This document shows positions 24,569 through 38,180 of a DNA stretch of 64,000 nucleotides, one piece after another. A program made the position numbers and the translations under genes. How positions within the stretch are numbered: position 1 is the first letter of the stretch; each line of letters begins with the position of its first letter. Under the pieces are notes generated by a model that saw nothing but the letters and a program-made list of their open reading frames with translations, was not told the origin of the DNA and did no database searches. The DNA comes from Eledone cirrhosa (Eukaryota). The stretch is taken from positions 77,686,001-77,750,000 of the forward strand of contig OZ024746.1 of assembly GCA_964016885.1 (NCBI GenBank). The letters run 5' to 3'.

Positions 24569-25203
24569 GTACTATTTAGATTTAAATTTTCCAACAAAAT
24601 TTTTGTTTAAGAACCATAAATTAAGTTACTATTGTTGTAATGAGATACATTAATAATTTTAGTAAATCTCTCAAAATTTTCCATAAATAATTGAATTTAA
24701 GTGTAGTTCATTAGATATAGTCACGAAAGGATGAACCATTTAGCATTTAAATTGGCCATACCCAGCCAGAACTTTTTCAACTCTTTCTGCTGTAACCAGC
24801 TGATCTCAAAATAAATAAATACTGAAATCTCATAGATTCGATATTATGTGAAATAAAGTGTTTACCATGAAAATATAATACTAAATATGAGTAATGTAAA
24901 TGCTAAAGGGGTAAATTTGTATAAGGATGTATTTTTGTTTTTCCTATTTTTGTCAATGCTGTATTTACATTAGACGAAGGTATGCTTCAAATTTCTCTGG
25001 CAGAGGGACCCTATTATAGTGATTATTAAAACAAAAGTCCTATTTTTAAAAATTATTTTACTGGTTTCTTAACCGTATTGATACCAAACCATTCAAAATT
25101 AGTTCTTGTTCCATAATAAAAAATTCTGTTTGTTTTGAAGTGTTTATATTTATTTTAAAACACTTCTGTCATAATTTTATACAAGAACCTTTGTTAAATT
25201 ATG

Positions 25204-25588
25204 TTTCAAGACGATTTGAAAATCATAGGCAATAAATTTCCTTAGAAATAAGATAAAAAAAGGGTTAACCACACATAAGTAGGCAATGTCACTAGGGCTA
25301 CATTACATTTTATTTAGTGGGTGTATGTATGTATGTATATAATATATGTATGTATGTGTACATATATATATTTATTTATATATGTATATATATGCATATA
25401 TAAATGTAAATAAATATATGTACACATACATACATACACACATACATTATATACATACATACACCCACTAAATAAAATGTAATGTAACCCTAGTGACATT
25501 GCCTACTTATGTGTGGCTAGCCCTTTTTTTTCTTTTACCTTATTTCTAAGGAAATTTATTGCCTATAATTTTCAAATCGTTTTGAAAT
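25204..25588. repeat. ~145-bp-arm inverted duplication around a TA/TATG spacer
   Basis: TTTCAAGACGATTTGAAAATCATAGGCAATAAATTTCCTTAGAAATAAG..CCACACATAAGTAGGCAATGTCACTAGGG..ATTTAGTGGGTGTATG is mirrored by its reverse complement at ~25445-25588. Confidence 0.92.
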
Positions 25589-26325
25589 TATTATCCTAAT
25601 TTTTTATCTAAATTTATTTATGTTTATATATGTACATATATATATATAGGAAAATAGTCAGGGCCCCAACGGTTGAGCTCCAGCCGTTTTGACAGCTAGA
25701 TCCAAACTAAGCCTGCAGTATTAGGACAGCAGGAGTCTAGCTGAACTTATCAAGTGTTACAGTCCATATATGGACATGCAGTCAAAACAAAAGAAGCAGA
25801 AATATCAAATATATATATATATATATATATTTATTTGTGTGTGTGTGTGTGTGTATGTGTGTGTGTGTGTAATGGTTGAGACTTCAGTGGGAGTATATCA
25901 GTTTAAACTTGATCCCCTCATCATTACCACATTTGCCCAATTAAGGATATTGTGGCCCTAATTTACAATGCTCTTCTATTCTGATATCTTGTTATACACA
26001 CACACACACACGCGTGTGTATATGTAGGTATATGTGTATATATATATATATATGTGTGCATGTATATATCATGTATATGTATGTTTATACACTCGCACAT
26101 TCTTACAATTCTGAAACTGACCCAAGTTTCATTGCTGTCACCTTGTCTCATCTTACATTTAATTCTACATTATCACTCACCCATCCCACCCACATCATAA
26201 TTATAATGTTATAATGTCCTTTCACTGACTCACTTCCTGTTATGTTGACATGTAACCAAGCCACAGCTCCTATAATTCCCACCAAACCCCCTTCCTCTGT
26301 GTTACTGATTTTCAGCATGTAGTAC

Positions 26326-26582
26326 CTAACCCTTTTGATACCAAACCACCAGAAAGTGCCCTAAGTTCTGTGTTATAAAAGTATTTATTTTAAAATATTT
26401 ATATTCATCTAAACACTTTCCATCATAAATTTTATGTAGGAACCTTGAAGTTATGTTCTAACCTCCAGCTTAGTAATGAGAAAGTTATAATAAATCCCTT
26501 GAAATTTTTGATTATTTGCAAAATTATTTGAAAATCATAGGCAGTATTTTTTCTTTTAGAAATATGCTAACGAAAGGGTTAA
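26326..26582 (+). mobile_element. MITE family B
   Basis: CTAA|CCCTTTTGATACCAAACCACC ... ATATGCTAACGAAAGGG|TTAA. Confidence 0.75.
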
Positions 26583-26629
26583 AACAGTAACAGTTAGCTC
26601 CTATCTTTCCCCCTTTTTCTCTCTCTGTG

Positions 26630-27250
26630 TGCCATCCTGCTGTACCACACTGCACCACACTGCACCAAACTCTCCTTTGCAATCCCATCACACCAAACTC
26701 CCTTTACCATTCCTCCATACCACACAGCACCAAACTCCCTCTGCATCACCACCACTCCTTGCAATTCCATCACAACAAACTCACTTTAGTATTTCTCCAT
26801 ACAACACTGCAACAAACTCCCTTTACCATTCCTCTGTACCACACTGCACCAAACTCCCCTTTGCAATTCCCCCCGCTGCCCCTACTCCTGCAATTCCATC
26901 ACATCAAACTCCCTTTACCATTCCTCTGTACCACACTGCACCAAACTCCCCTTTGCAATTCCCCCCGCTGCCCCTACTCCTGCAATTCCATCACATCAAA
27001 CTCCCTTTACCATTCCTCTGTACCACACTGCACCAAACTCCCCTTTGCAATTCCCCCGCCCCTACTCCTGCAATTCTATCACATCAAACTCCCTTTACCA
27101 TTCCTCTGTACCACACTGCACCAAACTCCCCTTTGCAATTTCCCCGCCCCTACTCCTGCAATTCTATCACATCAAACTCCCTTTGCCATCCTGATGTACC
27201 ACACTGCACCAAACTCCCACTTCAGTTCCTCAACAACTTCCCACTGCACT
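26630..27250. repeat. ~90-bp C-rich minisatellite with internal subrepeats
   Basis: CAAACTCCCTTTACCATTCCTCTGTACCACACTGCAC-CAAACTCCCCTTTGCAATTCCCC..CCTACTCCTGCAATTCYATCACAT repeated about four times, plus degenerate flanks. Confidence 0.9.
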
Positions 27251-27771
27251 AGACATGTCTAATTCTACTCATAAATAGGAATGATTCTCATGCAGAGTTC
27301 AGGCTCTGTTAGCTTTTTTTATAAATCTATGTAAACTCTGTTGTTTGGCATTGCTTCAATGGAAAAAGAAAAGGCATATACAGAGAGAGAGAGGTTATTT
27401 TTTTTAATAGTAATAATAAAGCAGGGTTAAATATATTGAAAAATAATCGTAATAGACTGTATAGCTGTTTGTGTTAGGCCAGAATATATGGGTGGTTTGT
27501 GTTGTGTTGGGCCAGTATATTTGGGTGGTTTGTTTATTGTGTTTGTAGACATAGAATCTTTTATTTGGTTACTTTTTTTACTGGTTTCAGTCATTAGACT
27601 ATGGCCAGGCTGCTGCACCACTTAGGGATTTAGTCAATCATATCAACCCCCAGTACATAATTTTTTGGGGTCTAGTAGTTACTTCATTGATCATGTTTTT
27701 CTTTTACTTTTTGTCATTTTGACAAATTGTTAAATTATGGGATATAAACACAAGACACATACACCAAGGTA

Positions 27772-27812
<41 letters not shown>

Positions 27813-27867
27813 ACGCACACACACACACACACACGCACACGCACACGCACACGCACACACGCGCGCG

Positions 27868-27924
<57 letters not shown>

Positions 27925-28181
27925 ATTTATGTATTGGCAGTGAGGATGTTTTAATCAGCTTGTCAATATTGTTGATATTACTCTTGATGACCATCTATCT
28001 AACTATCAATCTGTCTATATATCTATCTACCTATCCCTATATCTATTTATCTACCTGTCTGTATATCTATCTATATCTATCTACCTATCTACCTGTCTAT
28101 CTGTTTACCTACCAATCTATCTGTCTATCTACTTGTCTATCTATCTATCTATCTATCTATCTATGTATCTATCTATCTATG

Positions 28182-28215
<34 letters not shown>

Positions 28216-28699
28216 CCTGTCTGTCTGTCTGTCTGTCCAACCAACCAGCAATCAATCAGTATGTTGGAGGATTATTAATCTTTACAAAATAACTAGTTTT
28301 TCTGTTTGGTTTGTGTTTTCATTGCTGCCATCTCTTCCACTTTATTACATCCTGACACAAGTATTAAAGTATTAGTCTTTTATTACCCAGTACTGCATAC
28401 ATACGCTATTTTATTCTGGCTAGCAATTACTTGATGGAAACTTCTAATAAAGAAATACAGTGTTACAATTACTTTCAAGGTAATCACTTGGAGCTCATCT
28501 CTTCAGCTATAAACACCGCAATACAGAGGAGTGAATAGTGACTAAAACACCATCGACTGTGAGTCTTTCAGTTCACAGTCCCCTGATAACCATAGAGGAG
28601 CGGAAGATGACTAAAATACCAAGCATTGAATGACTGTTCCCATTTTTTTTGTGTGTATGGGTCCCTTGACAGCCACAGAGGATTCAAAGATGATTAAAT

Positions 28700-29025
28700 A
28701 CCTTTTGGTTTCAAATTCTGTGTCCATAGTCAGAACTTATTTTTTAGTTCTTTTATGAGTTCAACTATCAGGACCAAATCATTTGCACAGAAAAGATTCC
28801 ATTGACAGCCAGTTTTAAACTCCTCTGTTATGGCCTGAAGAATTATGATGAACAGCAGTGGGCTAAGAACCGAACCTTGATTAACTCCTACCTGTACCTT
28901 GAATGCTTCATCAAACTCTCTTCCTACTCTCACTTTTCCAACAGCTCTTCTGTACATGGCTTACACTGCTCTCACAAGCCACTCTTCAAGTCATTTTTAC
29001 ACCTAATTTCCTTAAGGACCACAAG
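28700..29025 (-). mobile_element. Degenerate RTE RT fragment
   Basis: ORF 28730..28957: VGVNQGSVLSPLLFIIILQAITEEFKTGCQWNLFCANDL (decayed YADD), homologous to family A. Confidence 0.85.
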
Positions 29026-29231
29026 GTAATAGGTGAGGTGCTCTGTCAATATATATATTATAAAATTAATGACGATTGCTGGTATTAATTCAATGGTCTC
29101 TGGCCATCATCTAGCTCACTCAATAAATTTGCCGAATTGCAGTAATGCAGTTACAAACAGCCATTCAGAGTGCACACATTTAGTTAATAACAGATGCGGT
29201 GACAGTGATTAGGTAGAGAGAAAGGTAAAAT

Positions 29232-29279
<48 letters not shown>

Positions 29280-29280
<1 letters not shown>

Positions 29281-29760
29281 GAAAAATTGAACAGGGACAG
29301 AACAGAGAGGCAGTACAACAAATGTTTATTAAATTCACGCTCAGGAGAGTGGGGGGTAGGTGGGGGACGACGTATGGGGCATAAGCCCTTCTTCAGGTGA
29401 GAAGTGTGTGGGAACAGAGTTCAAAAGGTGTGTAGGGGAGTGGTGGAGAGACATATAGCGAAAGGAAACGGTGCGAATGAAAAATTAACAAATAAAGACA
29501 AAAAATATAATAAATAAAAATAAAGCATGATCAAAATACAAGGAATGAGAAAATTTAAAAATAAAGGCATGATCAAAATAAACTGAAATTAAAAGGGGGG
29601 TAAACAGGTGGTGGAAGGGTGTGGGGTGAGTAGGGGTGGTGGCGGGTGGAGTGGGGAGAGGGAGACGGGGTGTCCGAGCGGGGAGGGCTGAAGGTGGTGT
29701 GTGTGTGTAGGTGTGCGTGTGTGTGTATGTGAAAGTGAGGGTTGGGGGAAGAACGGGATA
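29280..29760 (-). mobile_element. Penelope-like terminal remnant with decayed minimal hammerhead
   Basis: Minus strand CTGAAGA-AGGGC-TTAT-GCCC-CATACGTCG (29366-29396), then AATAAA; bounded by TA runs. Confidence 0.45.
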
Positions 29761-29769
29761 TATATACAT

Positions 29770-30113
29770 GGAGGCACATGGCTTAGTGGTTAGAGCATTG
29801 GCCTTGCAATCGAAAGGTTGTGAGTTCAATTCTCAGACCGGGTGATGTGTTGTTTCCTTGAGCAAGACACTTTATTTCACATTGCTCCAGGTTACTTAGC
29901 TGTAGAAATGAGATGATAGGGACTGAGGTCCATATCATTCCACTGTAAAGTGGTTGTGAAGGTGCCACGGCAAAAAAAGCACCCAGCACTCACTGTAAAT
30001 GAGGTTGGTGTTAGGAAGGGCATCCAGCTGTAGAAATCAAGCCAGAATCAGTTCCTGTCCCACCCTTGCAAGCAGGGAAAAAGCGGACGTAAAATGATGA
30101 TGATGAATGATGA

Positions 30114-30117
<4 letters not shown>
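29770..30117 (+). mobile_element. Full-length tRNA-headed SINE with RTE tail (family E)
   Basis: GGAGGCACATGGCTTAGTGGTTAGAGCA (A box), GAGTTCAATTC (B box), tail GGACGTAAAATGATGATG ending in (TA)n. Confidence 0.9.
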
Positions 30118-30165
<48 letters not shown>

Positions 30166-30946
30166 GAGAGAAAGAGATTTATTATTATAAGCTGGGAAAT
30201 GAAAAATAATATAATAATTTTTTTGTCTTGAAGCACTTAATATCTGTGTGTAAGTGTATTTGTATATTATATATATAAAATAATTTTTGTATTTTCAATA
30301 ATAGCGATAGTTACTGTCTGAAGACAATACTTCCTCATAGTTAGTCTGATGTGAATGTTGGAGATGTTGTACATATTTGTAAATGTTTGTAAATGTTGTA
30401 TTACATAAAGATAGTGAGTTCAACAATGATATTGTCATCACAAATATCTTTGAGATATCACCACCATCACCAACACCACACCACTACTGACTCAAACACC
30501 TCCACCGACACAACCACAGAACCTTCCACTCCTTGTCACCATCACCACCGATAACAGTACCACCACTGACACCATCAACACCACCTAAATGTTTCTTGCT
30601 TAAAAACATTAAAAACACAAGAAAAACAACCCAACAACCACTTAATATATGTATTAAGATTATATTAATACAATTTCAGCTGCTATACAGTTTCTCAGTT
30701 TAATAGGACATAGAAAAATGTTGTCAAGAATAATGCTAATCTGTTGTGTTCTATGTTTTTGCTACAACCCACTTCCATGATAAAACATTTGCATTGATTC
30801 CTTATGCAGCAAGTTTTCAAATCTCTTTTACTCTGAACAATTTTGGTTACACCAGCTGATCTTATAGTCTCAACTGAATAGTTGTTTCTTCATTGGGCTT
30901 GCTGGGTACATTCTAGTATAAGTATTTGTTTGTGATATATATATAT

Positions 30947-31580
30947 ATGTTGTTTACTCGAGAGAAGACTGCGTTGGTACGGTCACGTGATGCGCATGAA
31001 AGACGACAGCTGTATAAAAAAGTGCAGGGCAATAAAAATAGACGGTAGCCATGGAGTAGGCAGACCCAGAAAAACCTGGACGACTTGATAAATTCCGACC
31101 TCACACACTTACACCTCTCCAAGACAATGTCAGTGGACCGAGATCTTTGGCGCTACACAGTAATACAGAAGACCTGCCTTACCTAAGTACAAAGTGAAAC
31201 CTACTACATTTAGTAGGTACCTCTAACAAAAATACACACCCGCCCCACTACCCCCACCCCATCCACACCACCCCTTTCAATGTAACGTTATGTTGGTACC
31301 ACAACATCCAGTCCGAAACAAATGAGGTCGTGTAGGTGTCACGACAAAAAAAAACACACAGTCCACGCTGTAATATGGCCGTGTAGGTAACGCGGTAAAA
31401 ACCTCCCAGTCCACGCTGTAAACGTGGTTGGTGTTAGGAAGGGCATCCAGCCGTAGAAACCCGCCAGACTGTCCTATGCGAGCAAGACAACCACTCTTGC
31501 CTCAAGTGGGAAAACTCCCGTCCAAACCGATGCAAGCATGGAAGATGGACGTTAAATGATGATGATGATGATGATGATGA
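30947..31580 (+). mobile_element. 5'-truncated RTE LINE family A
   Basis: CCLLERRLRWYGHVMRMKDDSC...; 3' UTR; (GAT)n tail; both ends in (TA)n. Confidence 0.92.
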
Positions 31581-31899
31581 TATATATATATCACATTGTA
31601 AACGTGTTAACGGTGTTAGGAAGGGCATCCAGCTATAAAATACCCAGCCTAATTTACAGTCTTTGCTGGAGCAAGGTGTGACACATAACCAACCCTGGCC
31701 AGACTTGCCTCCCAGCGTGGACGACCTGTTTAACCCAGGCAAGCGTAGAAAAATTGACATTAAACAGTGATGATGATGATATGTGGCTGTGTATTTGTTT
31801 ATACTGACAAGCTTGCTGGATGCCTCAGTCGCTGTCAGGTAGCTAACATGTAATGTGCTCTACTACTTGAATTTTCATTTTACTTATTACTGCCAACAT

Positions 31900-32210
31900 G
31901 CATCCTGAGTTCCTGCATACTGCAATAATTGGAGATGAGGTGTGGGTGTATGGGTATGACTCAGAAACCGAAGCTTAGTTATCACAATAGAAGCATTCAA
32001 CATTGCTAACACACCAAAAAACATGTCAGGAGCATAGCAAAATCAGTGTTGTGCTGATTGTTTTCTTCAACTAACAAAGGACAAAAATTTGCAAAGGATT
32101 TCTATCAGGTAATCTTCTGATGTCTTCGGGATGCAATTTGGCACAAGAGACCAGATCTATGGGTTTCGCAAAACTGGCGACTGCATCATGACAATGCTCT
32201 GGCTCATTTG
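31900..32210 (+). pseudogene. Mariner transposase relic (catalytic-domain region)
   Basis: HPEFLHTAIIGDEVWVYGYDSETEA*LSQ*K...SKISVVLIVFF...LRDAIWHKRPDLWVSQNWRLHHDNALAH matches the mariner TGDETW/YDPETK and LHHDNA motifs; contains stops and deletions. Confidence 0.88.
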
Positions 32211-32719
32211 TTGCAGATAATTCAAGGTTTCTTGGATTAGCTGTAATGGACAAGATAATCTTCCAACCTGCCAAGGACAAGACGACCTCTCGTGTGGGTG
32301 ACATAATAAAATGTATCCAACATATGTAAAATCATTGGCAAATGGATGGAATAAATCAGAGTAAAAAGGGTTCTTTAGTTTTGCCTAGAACAAGACAACC
32401 TCTCTAGTGTTAGTGCCATGATATAATGCACCGGGTATGCTCTGTAAAGTAGATATTGGGATGGACTTCCGGCCTTAGAAACCATGTTAAAGTGGAGTGT
32501 ACTTGTGTAACATAGACCTGCTTCATCTAGAAGGGCTGTTATTTCAAATAAGGACTTACATGAACCCCTGATGACTTATCCAACATATGCCTACATGGAT
32601 GGCAGACATAAAATGATGGTGGATGTGGCAATGATAATGATTGCAGAAGGTAAATGCCCAAGTCTAGTGGGTAGCAAATCATCAACAAAGTTGTCTAAAA
32701 CTTTGTACAGTATTTCCAT

Positions 32720-32897
32720 TTGGCAGTATCGGTAGAGAGTCGGACGCCATGCTTTCCAACATAGTTACGTCCCTTTGCGGTCTGAGTTCAAATCCCGTCG
32801 AGGTTAACTTTGCCTTTCATCCTTACGGGTTCGATAAAATAAAGTACCAGTAATGTACTGGGTAATTGCTGGCCTTGTGCCAAAAGTAGAAACAATT
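32720..32897 (+). mobile_element. SINE family D
   Basis: GGCAGTATCGGTAGAG, GAGTTCAAATCCC, TTCATCCTTACGGGTTCGATAAAATAAAGTACCAG, GGCCTTGTGCCAAAAGTAGAAAC. Confidence 0.85.
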
Positions 32898-34552
32898 AAA
32901 TAGTTCACAATAGTGATGGAACATGCTTCATAATAAACTGTTGTCATGTTCCACAGTGAATGCTATTTTTAACTGATATTTGTCTTCTAGTAATTGTAGT
33001 AATAGTGACAGTTGCTGCTGCTGATGACGATGATGATAATAACAATAATAATAGCAATAATAATAATAATAATAATAATGATAATAATAGTGAAATATGT
33101 ATTTTAAAATGAAACTGAATTTAAGTAATTAAAACTCAAGGAAACATTTCTCTTGTCTCTAAGCTTTAATATCTAATAAAGCATCTCATTTAACATTGTA
33201 AAAGAGAATGTAAATGGTATTTTTTTACACACACCCCGTTCTTTCTCTCTCTCCCCCTCCTTGGCATTGATTAAAAATAGTCACTCCTTTTAATTTATTT
33301 ATGTGCTGGCTAAAACAAAACTAATTAAAAGTTAACAATTTAATTTCATATTTATCAAGTGGGAAAGGAAAAATAAAAACAAAAAAATATAAGCAAAAGT
33401 GGGAAAGGTTGATGATGAGGAGGGAACTTTGGCAATAAAATTAGATTTCTAATAACTTGTAGGCTTATTGTTGTTGTTATTGTTGTTCTGGCTATTATAG
33501 TTGGTGTTGTTGTTGTTGTTTTAGGGGTGGTAAATTGGCAGAATCATTAGAGCGTTTGACAATATGCTTTGTGGCATTTGTTTTGCCTCTTTATATTCTG
33601 AGTTCAAGTCCTGCTGAGGTCAAATTTGACTTTCATCTTTTCGGGAGTCAATAAATTATAGTATCAGTCAAGTATTTGGGTTGATTTAATCAATTTCCTC
33701 TAAATTACTGGATTTGTGCCTAAATTAGAAATAACTATGATTATTGTTTTAAAGGTTTTTAGCAAAACTGTTAGTATATCTGATGAAATGAATTGCTGTC
33801 TTTTCAACATTGTTGCACAAAGACGGGAGACTGGTTTGAATGGGCAACTGCTAGTCTTCTACTATTATTAATTACTATCATAAATGTACATGGCTTAGTG
33901 GTTAGGGTGCTGGGTTTATGATCATAAGATTATGAGTTCCTTTCCCAGACTTTATTTCATGTGGCTCCAGCTGGAAATGACATTGATGCTTAGCTGAGGA
34001 GATTGGCATGCATGAATGACTGCTTGTCTGCCACAAAATATTTGACACAAGATTGTACCTTGGTGAGACAAACCCATAGCCTATTTGGCCGAAGGTGGTC
34101 TTTTCCTTCTTTTCTTACTGGTATTCTTTTTTTCTGCTCGTGCATTACTGAGCACAGCTCTGTCTCTGTATGCCATGGGTAAGTGCAATACTGTGTCTTT
34201 GGTGTTGTTGTTTCTATTGTATAGAAAGTACTCTTTATAATATGTGTGCAGTGTCGAGTTGTGTTATTTTCTGTGTGTTGTATACATTTGTATGTCCTGG
34301 AATTTTGATTAGATAATGATAATGATGACGATGATGATTATGTATCTGTCTTTGTTTTTTGTTTTATATTTTCTCCGAAGCATTTTTATTATACAAATTG
34401 TTTCTGTTTTCATCTTCCACATTCTAGTTATTTCTGTTTCTGGATCTTTGTTTGGCTAATTTCTCTATTTCTTTGAGAGATATATTGTCATTTGTTGATT
34501 AGAAGGCATTTCTTTTCTTGGTGATCTTAAACTAAATTATCTAGTTGATTGA

Positions 34553-34768
34553 TTAACCCATGAGCATTTAGACCAGCTGTATCCGACCAGAATTCTCTCA
34601 CCTCTTTCTGTTCAAACCAGCTGTAACCAGTTGCTCATACTGTTGTTAAGGTATTATTCTCAAAATAAATAATATCACTATATCATTGATTCAATATTAT
34701 GTGAGATAAAGCTTTTACCATGAAAATCTAATAGCAAATATAGACTAATGTAAATGCTAAAGGGTTAA
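34553..34768 (+). mobile_element. MITE family A
   Basis: TTAA|CCCATGAGCATTTA ... TAAATGCTAAAGGG|TTAA. Confidence 0.8.
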
Positions 34769-35795
34769 CTTTGATCTGTGTGCTTTGGCATATCCCAGAA
34801 CAATGGTTGCTTTGTCATTCATTCTCTGACACATTTCCAGGTGTGTCCCTTTACCACCTTTTTTTCTGTTGGTATTTCATAATGTTAGCATAACTTCCAG
34901 TGTATGTAAATCCCATCATCGTTATCGCTGTTTTAATTAAAACATACATTCCAATCATCATTGGTGCTGGCATGTGTCAGTCTCTGACCATAATTAACTA
35001 TCTATCATATGTTCAATAATTTTCTAGTTTTTCTTATCTATAGAGTTTTTGATGTCTAAAACATTATCTCTCTCTAATGACAAACTTCAATTATTGATTC
35101 TATTGATTATATATATATTTATATATATATATTTTATCATCATCATCATCACTCATCATTGTCATCGTTACCATCATCAACATCACCACCTTCACTATCA
35201 TCATCATTATCGTCATCATTCAAATCTTTTTGAAGCTATTCAAATTAGAAGCACTAGTTTACTCACATAATAAATAAATAAATAGTGGCAATAATAATAA
35301 TAATAAAAATAGGATAATAATAATGATATTTAATAATTTGTTATAATGAAATATTAATATCTTTCAAGTGTAATTCCTTTCATATATTCCACCCCAACTC
35401 TATATTTATTTATTTATTTAAATTGTGTTTAGATTTCATTCTGTTCTTTATACAAGACATTTTTAAAAAAATGCCAAACAAAAAGAGAACTATTTCTTTT
35501 TTTTGTTTTGTTAATAGCTTGAATTAAGTAAGTAATAATTTGTTGATTGCTTGCACAGATAAAATAGTTTATATTTTTATTTTATTTTTATGAGATATGA
35601 TTTATATAGTTTTGGCTTTTACAAACACGACAATAATAATAATAATAATAATGATAATTGTTTTAATGTCCACTTTCCCCTGTTAGCAAGGGTTGGATGG
35701 GTCTACATAGACCAAGTCAGTACTGAAGTGGGGTTACTGATCTCTTGGACAGTTGGGGGCAGGGGAGGGGCTATATTTAGCTTATATGGCGTCTA

Positions 35796-35838
35796 GCACT
35801 CAGTGGAACATGGTACTGTATCATGTTCCACTGAGTGC
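35796..35838. repeat. Short perfect hairpin
   Basis: GCACTCAGTGGAACATG-GTACTGTAT-CATGTTCCACTGAGTGC, inside a minus-strand RTE-tailed element. Confidence 0.9.
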
Positions 35839-37999
35839 ACAGGAGAGGTTGTCATGTCCATGACATGACTGAAGTCTCTTCTTAACCCTTATGAGCAGAG
35901 AACTGAGAGCCAGTGCATAGTAGTGTTTTGGTTTTGTTTCATGATCTGAAGGGCACAAGATACAAATTTCTCCACTTGTATTTTGGAGGAGACAAGTCCA
36001 TCACATATAACATACTCAGGTTCAATTGCCGGTAGTATAGTATATCTTTGAGCAAGGTACTTTATTTCACATTGCTCCAGTCCAATGAGTTGTACTTTTA
36101 ATTTGAGGGTTCAGCCTTGTAAAAACTGTATCATTTAATTTCATGAGTTGGCTGGATGCTTGTCATTGGAGCTGACACAGGGATGCTACACACACAATAT
36201 CATACATTGAAATAAATGAAAGTTACAGCCTACATCCATGCAGTTTAACTGGCCGCCTTTGAGTTTGCATGTCATCGGAGGTTTCTCAGGTGTTTTAATA
36301 CTAGTCTTATGAAAATCAATGTAAAATGAAGCATCTTGCTCAAGAGCATCATACCACCCAGTCCAGGAATTGAAGCCATGACCATATAATCATGAGTCCA
36401 ACACTGTAACCACTAGGCCATATACCTTCATATGCCATACATACATCATACCCTAATTATTCTGTTCTAGTTTACAGTGTGTTATAGTCAGTGTATTATA
36501 AGGTATTTTGTATTAACAGGAGGGAGATAGTCATGAATAATAAATAGACATTGACAGATGTGTGAGTACATGCATGCACACATTAGTGTGTGAGTCTCAG
36601 GGTTTGTGTGTGTGTGTGTGTGTGTGCATCTTCATTAGATTTAATATCATCAACATCCTTGATGAACACATTCCTCCTTAGTAATCTTCATCAAATTACA
36701 TTCCCGATATTGAATCAGTATGATTCCATCTTGAAATAAATCTCAGGTATCGCTCTCTTTTAAGCACCTACTTGTAATTTCTCTCTGACAGGCATACTAC
36801 TTATTCACCAAAAGCTGTTATAGCATTGTTCTGCTTCATATTCTGTGGGTCATTTTAAGGAGATTTCTTCCTATGAACGAAAAAGGCCCTTTTCTCTCCT
36901 TGAAGCTCTTCATCACACTGTTACAAGGTGCCTGCTTGTTCTCATCCTCTCCTCATACAGAACAGTGTTGTCTGGGTGTATTTCTCTAGTGTCTCATTTA
37001 TTTGTGAGTCTATACTTATTATCTATGTTGGTAAGAGATGGTGAAATGCCAGAGCTGTTAGCAAGTCAGATTATTAAATGTTCTGGTTCCTCTCTGCACA
37101 CTGAGTTCAAATCCCAGTAAAGTCAACTTTTCTTTCTTTCGCAATTGATAATCCAGGGTGGTGGCTTGGTAGAATGTTAGTGTTGGAGAAGATGTCTTGT
37201 GATATAACTTTAGACTGTGCATTCTGAGTTGAGCCTTTCATTCCTTTGGGTAGGTGATAATAAAGTATCAATTTAGAATGCTATAGTATTAGAGGAGATG
37301 TCCTCTTGAATATCTCTGTGTTCTGAGTTTAAATCCTGCCTTCTCTCACCAGAAAAAAAACTGTCCTTTGGCAGAGTTGCTGACGGTCTTGGGAAAAAAA
37401 CCTTCTGCATTTACTGTCTATCATCATCATCATCATTATCAATTTCCTTGCTAGCTATGGCTGGGTGAGTCTTCACAGACTCAGTAGTCAAGCAGGGCTA
37501 CAGGCTTCTTAGAAAAGCTTGGGTGCAGAGGGATTGCATCCCTCTTGCATATGGCCCTATTTACTCGCTTTTATCATGACACCAGTACTAGAGAGGTTGT
37601 TATGTCTTTGACATAGCTGAAGGTCCTTCTGGTCCTTTGTTTGGCAGGTTATCTATTGCTGGATGCCCTTCCTATCACCAACATGTTTTAAACATTTATC
37701 ATATGTGGTATATTCCACTACATTTTTCTTCACACCATGTAAACATATATCATATTATATGGTATATCCTTTTACATATACCATCCCATCTAAAAATATA
37801 CTACATAAATGTGGTGTATCTCTCTGCATTGAGTATCCCATCTCTTATGTACATTTACTGTCTATCTTTTTGAATAGATACATGTATCTTTGTGTGTTTA
37901 AGAGGTGATTGAAAAGGGTTGGTGCTAGGAAGGGCATAAAACATTGCTTCAAAGTAACAGTAACTCCATGATAACTATGAAGCTAACCCCTTCAAGATA

Positions 38000-38180
38000 A
38001 TTGTTTCTACTTTTGGCACAAGGCCAGCAATTATCCCAGTGCATTACTGGTACTTTATTTTATCGACCCCGTAAGGATGAAAGGCAAAGTTAACCTCAGT
38101 GGGATTTGAACTCTGAATAGCAAGGGCCATGACTCTATGTGTCAAAGCATGGCGTCCGACCCTCTACCAATACTGCCAAT
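38000..38180 (-). mobile_element. SINE family D
   Basis: Reverse complement of the 32720 element. Confidence 0.85.

Noticed and set aside
26627-27262. 207-211 aa ORFs
   Set aside because: Translation of a C-rich ~90-bp minisatellite that lacks stops by composition.
29770-29850. tRNA gene
   Set aside because: A and B boxes are present but there is no complete cloverleaf, and it continues into a SINE body and LINE tail; the same applies to the other SINE heads.
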